From positions 10,230,001 to 10,294,000 of the forward strand of contig JBHGNT010000007.1 of NCBI GenBank assembly GCA_043228905.1: DNA of 64,000 nucleotides. The letters are read 5' to 3'. The position numbers were made by a program, and so were the translations under genes. This document shows positions 12,679 to 23,625 of this stretch, one piece after another. The first letter of the stretch is position 1. Each line of letters starts with the position of its first letter. The DNA comes from Azolla caroliniana (Eukaryota > Plantae > Polypodiophyta). The notes beneath the pieces are model-generated. The model saw only the letters and a list, made by a program, of their open reading frames with translations, had not been told where the DNA came from and searched no databases.

Positions 12679-15600
12679 CTACAAAAGTTTTTGTTTTTCA
12701 TAATCACATGATTAATATTGTCTCTCTCCATTACAAAGAAGGAAACACAGATTTTTCTCTTCAAAGGATATGTTGTTAAAACGATTGAGCAATTCTCCTA
12801 TAAGAGGATAATATCTATTCCATACACATTGTAGTTACAAAATATCAACTTATTACCCCCGTCAGACCATGTCATTATTACTTTCAAATTAATGTAATCT
12901 CTTCTACTTTTGAAAGAAAAAAGCCAACTGACCTCCAATGGATACTTTCGGAAGGCAGGTTCGAAACGGCTCTTACAATATAAGTGGAAGGTGATGGTGA
13001 GGATAGGTAGAAAGATTAAAATAGGTGTGCATTGAGATGCCTTCTTTGTTGCGAGAAGACCCATTAATGATATTTGTTGCATAATAAGAGATGATATGAT
13101 TCTTGTATGCACATGTGGCCAAAAGGCTCCTGCACTCTCATACTCTTGTTGATACACATTGATTACCTTTTAACCATAAAGATCAAAAAAAGAAAGTCAA
13201 TCAAATTTATGGCTATAGATTGTTGTATTACTTGCATTTTTATTAAGAGATATCACAAAAAATAGGTCTAACTTATCAAGACTTATCACTAATGAATGAT
13301 CTTATTTATGCAAGGTAACGCAAGCGTTAAATTAGAATTCGCCCACCAATGCTGAAATTATTCTTTTTCTCTAATCCAGCCTAGTGCTGTCAAAAATAGA
13401 GAATTAGACTTGCATAATTAAGATGATTGGTTTCTTGCTTAAAACCTAATGATGATTTGGTCAGTATCAAAAATAAATTATCTTTGTTATTTGAAAATTT
13501 GCCCTATCAAAGGTAATTGATTTGCAGATTTTCGGAATTTCATGAACAAGAGAATGGCATTCCGGAGAATTATGATAAGTTACCATAACCTTTTGATGAG
13601 GAAAAAATTGTAAAACATATCCCCAAGATTTTATTTATTCCCACAAATGCATCCTAGTGTTCATATTTCTCCAAATGCTCTTGATCTATCTCTATTTCCC
13701 CAATTCCCCAAGTGTTGGTTATTTCCCAAAATGCTGCTGGGTCAAACCCCGAACAAATTAGAATGAATTTGACCTGAGCACATATAATTGCTCAAAAAGC
13801 ACATATTGTAGTTGCTTTTTCAGGGGTTGACTGAAGGCATTCAAGAAAATAAAGAACTTGGGGATACTATCAAAAACATTTCCCCTCTCGATAATCTACC
13901 GTGAACCTGGTTTTTTTCGTTTTTATATACCTGATGTCGATACACGAGATATGCGAATCCAAAGAACACAATGATGAATGGAAGAAGGATGGGTGTGATA
14001 ACAGAGTACACAAGCCCAAACAAGAAATATAACTGTAGTTGTGGAACTGTCTCAGGAAAACCAAAGCTCCCAGCATCCATAGCCTTTTCTCTATCTTTCT
14101 CTGTTTTTACTAAGAATGTGTTTTTCAAATGGTATATAATTAGAGGTTTGAAACGCAGTATTTCAGCTGCAACTCCTGCCCATCCATCAATCATTATGTA
14201 TGTAATGAAGAACAATGCTTTACTGGAAATCGCATCACCTATCAACCCTGGGATACTGTGATAAGCATAAATAAGAAGTACGACATTATTTGGTATTCCT
14301 CAGCATGAATAAATGGTCAGAAAATGATTCTTGTCATCATGGTGGAGAAAATGTGAACATCAATTGAAAAAGCTTAGTATATATCTTTGTGAAAACTTCT
14401 CGAAAGAAAAAACGAAAACACTGAATTAGTAAGAGTGTGTTTGTTAAAAACGAAAGTGAGATATGAATTGTTTCAAGTATAGAATGCTGACATCAAATAG
14501 TAACCTTCAACTAACAGGATGCACGTTTCATTTTATCCTTTCATCTTTCAATGGGAGTAAGTGCCAAATAAACATATGTATGAGGGGAATCTATCCCAAC
14601 AGAGTATAATGGAAGGTGACTTAATTACACTGTGGCATGTAATGAATGGTCTATAAACATTCTTAGACACCCTTATAGCATAATCTCACTTTGACAGCCT
14701 CCATTCCTTACCCATGACTCAAACTTCCTAATTATCTATATACTTTTGGCATATAACCTTAATCCACATAGAATATGTTTGGTGTGCAATATTACAGCGT
14801 TTTTATGGTATTTTAAGACTCCTACTATATGATATACCCTATGCAGTGAAAAAGAAACGGAATCACAACATTTAAGCATAAAATTTTTCCAGTTGGATAC
14901 ATTAACAACAGAAAAATCCTGGATGTGGATATTAAGATGTTGAAAATCCTCATACAACATCCCACTAGTATAGTTCTTGCCATGAGTTTTACAAGGCTTC
15001 ACACGAAAAGGAGAAAAGGTCTTCTATGTTGAGGTTCTCTCTTTCGCCATAATGAATCAACAGGAGAGAGAAAAAGGAATGTTTCTATACAGAAGTTTTA
15101 GTTGTGAAAATCCATTTTAGAATGAGGAAAAAGAATGAAAAGAAGATTCAGAGGGATAGTGCAGGAGAAGAAAGAGATGGAAAAATGAAGAAAAAGTTTA
15201 TTTCTGGAAGAACGAAAAAAACTTTACTTTTTCGGTTTCACATTGGATAGTTAGAAGGCCAACCTTCAATGCACTTTACTGCCTCCTCCTATTTCCCTTT
15301 TCTTTTATGGTTTTGATACATTTATGAGGAATTCCATCAGAAATTTTACTTAGAGTTTCATACATTTCAGTAATAAATCTTCATAAGGAACTCCATTTTG
15401 TTGTATAATGTCCTATTAGCACTTGATTGTTAAAGGTCTCAATGTGTAGCCCCACTTTAAAAATCCCACATGAATCATTTAAGATTCGAAAGACGAGAAT
15501 AGTTTCAGAAAGAATACCTTGTGGGAGGCTTGTTAAGCATTTCTGATAGCTGTTCAGATGCCGATCCTGTCAATATACTCCCGAAGAACACAGTGATAAC

Positions 15601-18600
15601 CAAGAACATAAAATATTTGCCAGCTGCCCTCCTTTCCAATGAAGATAGAGAGGTGAAACCTTCAATTTTAGATATCAACATGAGAATCCATGGAAGAATC
15701 ATTAGGAATATCTTCAATGCCAACCCAGGCAAGTAACCTTGAATGAGCGAATTTATGAACTTTCTGAAATGACAATAGATGCTTCAAAGTTGAGATTCTG
15801 TTTATGAATATCTGATGCAGTAACATAATCTTAATGAAGAAAAAGAAAATTTTGAAATGCCCCACCCTTTTCTTTATTTCCCCAGATGTGTCAGAGTTTC
15901 TGTTATTCCCCCAAGCACCCTTGGTAAATCCTCAAAAGAGAAAAATGCCGGAGCAAATTTTGACGGTATAATTGCTCAAGTAGCACATATATCTGGGGAG
16001 AAGCAGATGAATGAACCATATAACTGCTTGAATAGCACATTAATTGTTCTTTTGGGGAAATAACAAAAACAGAGAGGACATTTGTGGAAATAACGAAAAA
16101 TCTGGGGGTGTTTCGGAGTTATTCCCCTAAAGAAAGTAACCACATTTACTTACAATTTCAAGATTGGCCGTAGAAAGTGGAATGTGTTAGAAAGCTTATC
16201 CATGTTGGCCAAAGATTGGACAAAGGTAATAGGTATCATGAAGAAAAACAAGAGAAAGAATACTACAATCGCCATCACAAGTCGTCGGATCGTGATTTGA
16301 ACAAATGGGATTGAAAGGTTTGGCCAATAAACATCACTAGGCTCGGGAGCCCATTCTGTTAACCAAGTTGTAGGATTTTTGGTTTGCTGAGTTTGAGCAG
16401 CTACAGCTGCCCCCCATCTCCCTTTGAATGAGACAAATGCAACAGGAAGAATTGCTTTGGGATCTTTCAGAACACGAGTATGCTCCATTTCGATCTGTAT
16501 AGAAGTAATTCACAATAAAGCTATGTGCTTACAAACACATCCCATTCACATCTTCTAATCTATATGCGGTGACAAATAATTAAAATATGTGGCGGGAAGA
16601 CACCCAATTACCCACCTAATTTGTTGAGTAGTTACAGAATACCCCAGAGGGGAATACTGATACATACTTTTTAAGAACTCCGATATTCTAATATCCAAAA
16701 AATATGAATATTTTTATTGCTTTGTTCTCAAAACTAAGGACAACAAAAAGCTGAAAACAAAACGTATCTCCACTTTTGTTACCTGAGTTGTCTTTCTTTC
16801 CACCTCATTCTTATAGTATTCCACTGCATTCACTTTCTTTCCCCATAATCCGAGAAATCCAGTCTATAAAATAGTAGCCCACAGTAGAAGTGTCAGATAG
16901 ATGGCCAAACCCATTTGTATTCACTATAAGATAAATACAAAGAGGTAAAACCTTGGTAGTTAGCATCATTTCTGGGTGTCTTGCTTGTTTGTTCTCATAG
17001 TAATCCAGCCAATTTTGTAGCCCTTCCTTCTTTTTCACCAGTTTTTCAAGTTTATTCGCATCGCGCACCATCTATAAGGTAACCCACAAAACCACATTCC
17101 AAATGATATTGACCCTAAACCCCTTCTAAAAAGGATAATAAAGGAAATCACGACTACATGAAGTTTTAATGCATACGTGTAGCGATCAAACATAAATAGA
17201 TACAAGATCATCTTAATAGTCTAAGGCTTATTAAGAAGACCTGATGTGTTAGGTAGTAATCTGGATGATTCACTCGAAAGAAATGTTCCACGTGAAGATT
17301 GGCACTTTCATCAGGATCTGCTGGTATATTTGTAACCAAAACCTAAAAAATAGCACAATAGAAATTTACATAGGAAATTGATATAGAATGTAAAAAGTCA
17401 CACAAAAAATAATCTGAGGTACCATATCAGGCCTATCAAAAAATTTGAAAACTGTCAAAACTTACAGTAAATTGATCAGGCCTACGGTTTTGAGCATCAT
17501 TAAATTCCAACCTCATCAGCATTATAGCTTTGTATTCTCTATATAAGGCTGCGCACACCCATGCAGTAAAAACATATGCCATTGTAACAGGTGCCCATAG
17601 CCTAGCACAACAATGCCACATCCAACGAAACAAATTCACGAGGAGTAGAGTTATGAATAGATCTTAAATTTGAAAAGTTTCTAGAGAAACTTCGCATTTA
17701 ATTATGAATTCAAATTTTGAATAGGAACCTTCAATTTTTGTTAATTGCTGTAAAAAGACTATCTATTAATATTTAATCTTTGGTATATAGTTTTAGCAAG
17801 GCAATTTCTAATTGCTCAGATAATTTGCATGGAGTGATATCGAGCGAATTTCTTTGGGTTTCATTTTGGCAATCACTGAAAAACTTTAGACTTCGTTTTA
17901 AACACAAAATACACCTTACAAACCCAAATTTGATTTCAGCTTTCAGCCCTGAGCAGTTGGCAGCATTCTAAGCGTGTCTATGAAAGGTTAGGTGATTTAT
18001 ATAGGAAAAGCAACAAAATACCCCTAATGTCTCAGGCATCTACCATTACACCCCTAAATTTTAAAAATTTTGAGGAATAACCTTGTGTATTAGTAAAGTT
18101 TTTTCAACCACAGAGAGATATTCTGGTAGTACTCTTGTAAATACCCAACAACATAGGGGCTCTGGTGTTTAGCCCCTTCATATGTATACCATAAGCGTTT
18201 CGACTGGAGCCATTTATACCTCTTGGATGCGTCGGGAACATTTCTTAAAGAAAGCTTATCGATATCAAGACTTGCTACTGCTTTTGAAGAAGTAATGCTT
18301 TGCCCGGTTATGTTGATTGGCACTAGAATTGTGAAGCCCATAATCATCAGTGGCACAAATATTTTGAGCCTGTCATTGTGATTGAAGATGTAAAAGTTCA
18401 GTCAGAATTCTCTCATCTTTAATTTCTCCCTAAAAGAATGCATTTCAACTCATTAAAACACTAAATTTCTTCCTCAAATGAGACACCAACCACAGTTCTA
18501 CAACAAAAACAGACCTTAAATTTGAAGCTCAAGCCCCAAAAGGTAAGGTTCCACATGGAACTTTAAATTTAATCATAAGAGTTGGGATTTGAAATTTGGA

Positions 18601-19774
18601 GCCTTAGGCATTCTCTGAGCTCCATATTTGAGACCTTTGAAAAACTTTAGACTTCAGTTGAAACAGAGTATAGGTCTTCAAAACCCATAGCCAATCCTTT
18701 GAGTTTCATTTTCACAACCTCTATTAAATTTGGTTGCAAAATATTTAAGATTCATTTGGAGATTAAGATTGGCCTCCAATTTTAGGTCTTCAATCTAAGC
18801 TCAAAAAGCAAACAATAGACAAATAAGACGCAAACTTTGATCACATTGAATCAATTTAGTCATATCAATGACTATGTGTAGATATATTACTAAGCAAATG
18901 GTCAAAGCTACAAGTCATTTACCTTCAGTTAGCAATGTAGACTGGCTTCACATGAAACCCAAAAAGGGATCTCTAGTTTTTTAAATGACCCCACCCTCCA
19001 TTCCGTATTTATATGGGAAAAAAATAATATTGATGATGCGGAAATTTACAAGTATCCCTAATTTTCCAAAAGCTTGCCAAAGTCACCCAATCAATCTCCA
19101 AAAGCTCTGGGATGTTTAACAAAATACCTCTAAATTTCCGAACATTACCAGAATATCCCTCGTCTAAGTTTACACAAATGATTAGACACCCCTCTGCTGA
19201 GGGGTCTTGGGGGTAAATATCAAATAAGTTAGATGAGGGGTATTGTGGTGACTGTCTGAAAATCATAGGGGCGTGTATGTTGCAATGGTTTGATCCTGGC
19301 GGCCCAAATCTATCATGGTGTTTTTCTCAAAACATAAATATATTAAACCGTACATACCTAACGACATTTCGAACATCTTTGAAAAACATAGTACTATTGT
19401 GGTAATTATTGGAGAAGGATAAGAATACTTTTCCAAATTTACATATATGTGTGTACATACCCAAGGATGTAGATTCGTAAGAAAACCGCAGAATCTAATC
19501 CAGCATGTTGGATAAGCTCAGCTTCTGGCATTCTCAATGCCTCTCTCATCCAATCAAGAAAGTTTAAATACACTTTCCAGTTCAGATTAACCATACTAGA
19601 TAAGGTTCTAAAACTAGTCTTTCCATCTTGCCTTTCCCCTTTGAGATACCATTTCGGGTAGTACACTCTGTCATTGACTGGTTGGGAACGTAAAACAGCA
19701 AAAGCTACTAGGAATATGAAAGCACTCAATATGTTTATTCCTGCAGATACTCCTAGATCCGAAAGGCTTGCCAT
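12442..19774 (-). CDS. OSCA1: OSCA/CSC1 (ERD4, DUF221 family) hyperosmolality-gated Ca2+-permeable channel, OSCA1-like; 11 coding exons, ~761 aa
   Basis: Motifs QPVNDRVYYPKWY, HAGLDSAVFLRIY, WLTEWAPEPSDVYWPNL, FFITYIMIDGWAG, YESAGAFWPHVH. All 10 introns are GT-AG and exon lengths sum to 2286 nt in frame. Confidence 0.95.
12933..13166 (-). CDS. OSCA coding exon 10
   Basis: VINVYQQEYESAGAFWPHVH...FEPAFRKYPLE. Confidence 0.92.
13598..13887. mobile_element. Degenerate MITE-like relic in an OSCA intron
   Basis: Imperfect inverted termini (TATCCCCAAGATTTTATTT / AAATAAAGAACTTGGGGATA). Confidence 0.4.
13931..14255 (-). CDS. OSCA coding exon 9
   Basis: IPGLIGDAISSKALFFITY...YLVYRHQ. Confidence 0.92.
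15518..15763 (-). CDS. OSCA coding exon 8
   Basis: KFINSLIQGYLPGLALKIFL...ERRAAGKY. Confidence 0.92.
15843..16126. mobile_element. Degenerate MITE-like relic in an OSCA intron
   Basis: Imperfect inverted termini AAATGCCCCCAC..TTATTTCCCCAGATGT / ACATTTGTGGAAATAA..CTGGGGGTGTTT. Confidence 0.45.
16154..16494 (-). CDS. OSCA coding exon 7
   Basis: AFVSFKGRWGAAVAAQTQQ...WAPEP... Confidence 0.92.
16783..16863 (-). CDS. OSCA coding exon 6
   Basis: TGFLGLWGKKVNAVEYY..., donor GTAAC. Confidence 0.9.
16952..17071 (-). CDS. OSCA coding exon 5
   Basis: MVRDANKLEKLV...QNWLDYY...TTK. Confidence 0.9.
17241..17342 (-). CDS. OSCA coding exon 4
   Basis: VLVTNIPADPDES...VEHFFRVNHPDYYLTHQ, translated manually (absent from the ORF track). 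Confidence 0.9.
17466..17601 (-). CDS. OSCA coding exon 3
   Basis: LWAPVTMAY...RRPDQFT, donor GTAAG. Confidence 0.9.
18220..18369 (-). CDS. OSCA coding exon 2
   Basis: LKIFVPL...DIDKLSLRNVPDASKR, AG/GT boundaries. Confidence 0.9.
19110..19288. mobile_element. Degenerate fold-back MITE-like relic in OSCA intron 1
   Basis: ACCAGAATATCCCTCGTCTAAGTT pairs with AAGTTAGATGAGGGGTATTGTGGT. Confidence 0.5.
19461..19774 (-). CDS. OSCA coding exon 1
   Basis: ATG at 19774, MASLSDLGVSAGIN...RIYILG, donor GTATGT. Confidence 0.92.
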
Positions 19775-19800
19775 CTCTGATCTTCAATACGCTTTTGAGC

Positions 19801-20445
19801 CTGTAGTTTTTAACAAAGTGAAGAAGATTAGTGCAAGGAACGGTGAAGGTATGATTGTGTGTTTGAATGGATAGGAAGGAATGAAGAGAAGGTATGAATG
19901 AATATGAGCGTGTATGAAGGTATTTTGTATTCTGATGAAAAGTGAAGAACATTAATGTAAGAAATGGTGGAAGTTATGGATGTATGAAGGTACGAATGCT
20001 CTGCTTGAAGGTATGAGTGCATCAAGGTATGGAAGCAGAGAGGTAACTTTTTGGGACATAGAATTCCTCATTACTGGGAAGTGCAAAACGGAGGGCATGA
20101 GAGAGAAGACTGCAAAGTTCTGCAATTACACTTACATTTAAACAGGAAATGTAGGAACGAAATACATATAGTTGAAACGAAAAGAAAAAAATCATCACAA
20201 TGATTACATTGAGCTATGCACCCTCAAGTGAATCAATTATCAGAGAGAGGAAGACAAAATCGTTCAGTTATTCTGTTGGTTAATGATACGATTAAGGAGG
20301 GAATTAAGGAATGGTTATAAACCAAAATAAAACTTCATCCCCAAGGTGCATTAAATTATTCTGCAAGTTGAATCAGCATACATGAAAAATTGACTCCATT
20401 CGGAATTATAAACAAGCTAAAGAGTCTGGTAATTGAAACAAAAGA

Positions 20446-20487
<42 letters not shown>

Positions 20488-21350
20488 GGGTTTTGGTACA
20501 GAACGCAAAAGGAAAGATTTTCTTCAGAGGACCACAAATTATGATTTTCTTCAGGGAATTACATCAGAAATTACTAGAAAAAAGCAGCAGATTAGAAACC
20601 AGAAAGGGGAATAGAGAAAGGGTAGATTTCATAAGAATTCAATTAAAATGGTGCGATTACACTTGCTAGTAGAAAAGAGGGTCAAACTCACAGGAAATCC
20701 GAGGGAAAGAGATCTGAGGTATTGGGAATTGTATGTACTTCAAAGTTGGAGGCCAAAGATTTCACAATTCAAGCCAGCTCTTCGATTAGAGAAGAAGGCA
20801 AAGGCAGTATTGACAGATAAAATTAAGAGAATTTTATCACAATAATCTTACAGCAAACGTTATTTCCTCAGAGAAAAGTTTTCACCGGGAATATATATAT
20901 AGGAAATTGGTAAATTCACAGTTTTTTCCGTATTTTCACAGTTTTTTTGGGGGGATGGAATCTGGCTATCATTTGTAATCATATTTCTGAAGTCAAAAAA
21001 AAAAACTGTGAATTTACCAATTCCCTATATATATGAGTTATACCAAAGAAATGTAAAATTTGAGGAAAGCCAAAACCTGAGAGAAGTAAGAAAAGAAGAA
21101 AGGGCAAATCGGCATGAGAAAGGCATAGCTTAAAAAGAAGGATCTTGGGAGATTGTACAAGACAGCAGTCAGATTGAAGACAAAAGCGTATGATGAAGAA
21201 GGGTTGTTGTTGTTTTTAATTTTAAGAGGAAGAAGTAATTGATTAGAGAATGTAAGGATGTTAGACCTGTATGTAGATGTGAGATAATTCTGCGGATTGT
21301 GGAGAGAGTGGATAAGAAAGACAGAAGGCTTCTTCTTTTTTATCACTCAC
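19801..21350 (-). other. Probable 5'-UTR intron of the OSCA gene
   Basis: Acceptor CTACAG 26 nt upstream of the ATG and a strong donor AAG|GTGAGT at 21350. No transcript evidence. Confidence 0.5.
20902..21025. mobile_element. 124-bp MITE with ~26-bp TIRs flanked by (TA)n
   Basis: GGAAATTGGTAAATTCACAGTTTTTT ... AAAAAACTGTGAATTTACCAATTCCC, with TATATATA on both sides. Confidence 0.75.
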
Positions 21351-21556
21351 CTTCCTCGTTCTCTTTTCTGTTGTATGTACCCTTTCTTTTTCTTTTTCTT
21401 TTTCTTTTTCAGCTCTGATACATATATGTATGTATGTATATGCTAAAATCTATGGAAACTTCAATGAACAGACATTGTGATGAGTGATTTGGCGTTTTCG
21501 TCTTTGTTTCCATTCCTCCTCCTACTTCCTTCCTTCCTTTTCTTCTGCTCTTCACG

Positions 21557-21873
21557 CTGAGACTGAGACTGAGACTGAGACTGGCTGAGACGACTCATGA
21601 CTCATGACTCATGGAGTGAGTGAGTGAGTGCTCACACGCACGCACATACATACATACATACATACATACATACGTATATGTATACATACATACTCATACA
21701 TACATTACATACATAGATATGTATGTATGTATGTATCCTGCGGCCTGCCCAAACCAAAATTACCCAAAAAATAATGAAGAAGAAGAAGAAACGGCTCTCT
21801 TCTGCTGCAGACGCACACAGAGGCCACGGAGAAATGGAAATCGCAGAGAGCAGAGAAACAGAGAAGAACAGAG

Positions 21874-21925
<52 letters not shown>

Positions 21926-22000
21926 TGTGTGTGTGTGTGTGTGTGTGTGAGTGCGAGTGTGTCCGTGCGCATGTTGAAAAGCGTGTTCTGTGTGTCTGTG

Positions 22001-22067
<67 letters not shown>

Positions 22068-22235
22068 AGTTCTTCTCTGTTTCTCTGCTCTCTGCCATTT
22101 CCATTATGTATGTATATCTTTCTTCCTCTCGAAAATATGTATATGTGTATGTATGTATGTATGTATGTATGTATATTATGTATAGATATAGACATAGAAT
22201 GAACCATACGTATCATACTCGCATTCGCATTCGCG
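21557..22235. repeat. Compound microsatellite cluster ((CTGAGA)n, (TACA)n, (GA)n, (GT)n, (CT)n, (TATG)n) with an inverted repeat, in the OSCA 5'/promoter region
   Basis: Seen directly; accounts for the low-complexity ORFs at 21620-22267. Confidence 0.9.
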
Positions 22236-23474
22236 TTTGATTCAATAAAACGTGAATGGTAAATCAACTAAACGTTGGATTGGTTTGTCACGTTTGATTG
22301 GATTAACTATGGTCTATATTATGGGCTAAATTTGCAATGTAAACAAATGAAAAAAAGAAAAAAAAAAAAAAAAAAAAAAAAAAGGAGCACGTATTTTTCC
22401 CCTTTCAAACGTGTACGTTTTCAAACGTTTGAATGCCTCCACGAACACGAATATTACGTTCTATGGATCATATAGATATATAATGTATCATATATCATGT
22501 ATCATGTATGAAATGAAATCCCCGTGGGAGAGAGAATACATATGTGGAAGTGCGCACTCGTGAGTGAGTGAGCGTCTCTCGTCTTTCTCTCATGAAATGC
22601 GCAAATAGAACTCTCTTGTCGGGCCGATTCCCAAACACGTCATAACACAACCAAATATAAACTTCGACTTGTTGCGATCCAACAAACAAACCCTTTGGGG
22701 CACGATAAACAGTTGACAATCAATGAATGCTTCGTCGGGATGCCTATGTTAGCTTCTTCTTTAACCCCCCCCCCCCCCCCAGCATTGCATTGCATTGGTT
22801 TTTATCTTATGGAAGTCAACGATTTCTTGATACCTTATCATCCGAAACATTTGATTTTGATATGTTCCATTCCTTTTTCGTCGGTGTCGGAAATGGCCCC
22901 CCCTCCCATGGGATCAAGCCATCCATTGGCTTTGGTTACTACAGGAAGCTTTGCTAGTATTAGCTTGCAAGTAATTACTCTCTAACTACTTGAGATGACC
23001 CACACCTCATAGAGATTCAATTGTAGTACGAATTAAGTTATGGTTTGGCATACCCTAAATTCAAGATGTAAGGGGTTCAAATTTCTCCATTTCTGATACA
23101 AGCATTGACATATATGTTCATACATGCACTTTGAAAGTTCTCCATTTTTCATCATTGTCAAATGGATTTAAAACAAAAAAAGGTGTTTCATTGGGTAAAT
23201 ATTGATCACCCCATTCAAGTACATTGATAATGATCATCGAGGCGTACAATATAAACCATTTTATCTAACAGTGGCCAATGATTATTAACATAAACTTCTC
23301 CAGCATAAGGGTTGGCCTCTAGGTCGTATTTGATGATATTTCTAGGGTCGGGAAGTTGGAGATCATATAATTTAATCGATCAAAATCCGATATGAAGTCA
23401 ACAAGGATGTTTAACATTAAATATCAACGCTTTGACAGATTGCATATCAACATTTGAATAAATGATCAACAAAT

Positions 23475-23625
23475 AAACTCAATTGTCGGTTTAAAAAACA
23501 TTAACAATTCAAGAGTTTGCACAAGCACTCTTCAAACGGGGATTGTGGTTGTGGAAAACTTCAAACTCAATTGTCGGTTTAAAAAACATTAACAATTCAA
23601 GAGTTTGCACAAAGCACTCTTCAAA
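23475..23625. repeat. ~62-bp direct repeat, period 88
   Basis: AAACTCAATTGTCGGTTTAAAAAACATTAAC...CTCTTCAAA at 23475 and 23563. Confidence 0.85.

Noticed and set aside
17870-18700. Shared TGAAAAACTTTAGACTTC motif in two OSCA introns
   Set aside because: Probably old MITE remnants; boundaries and TIRs could not be defined.
21620-22267. Overlapping ORFs of up to 211 aa
   Set aside because: Translations of microsatellites (ERERE, SLSLS, YIHT); no protein signal.
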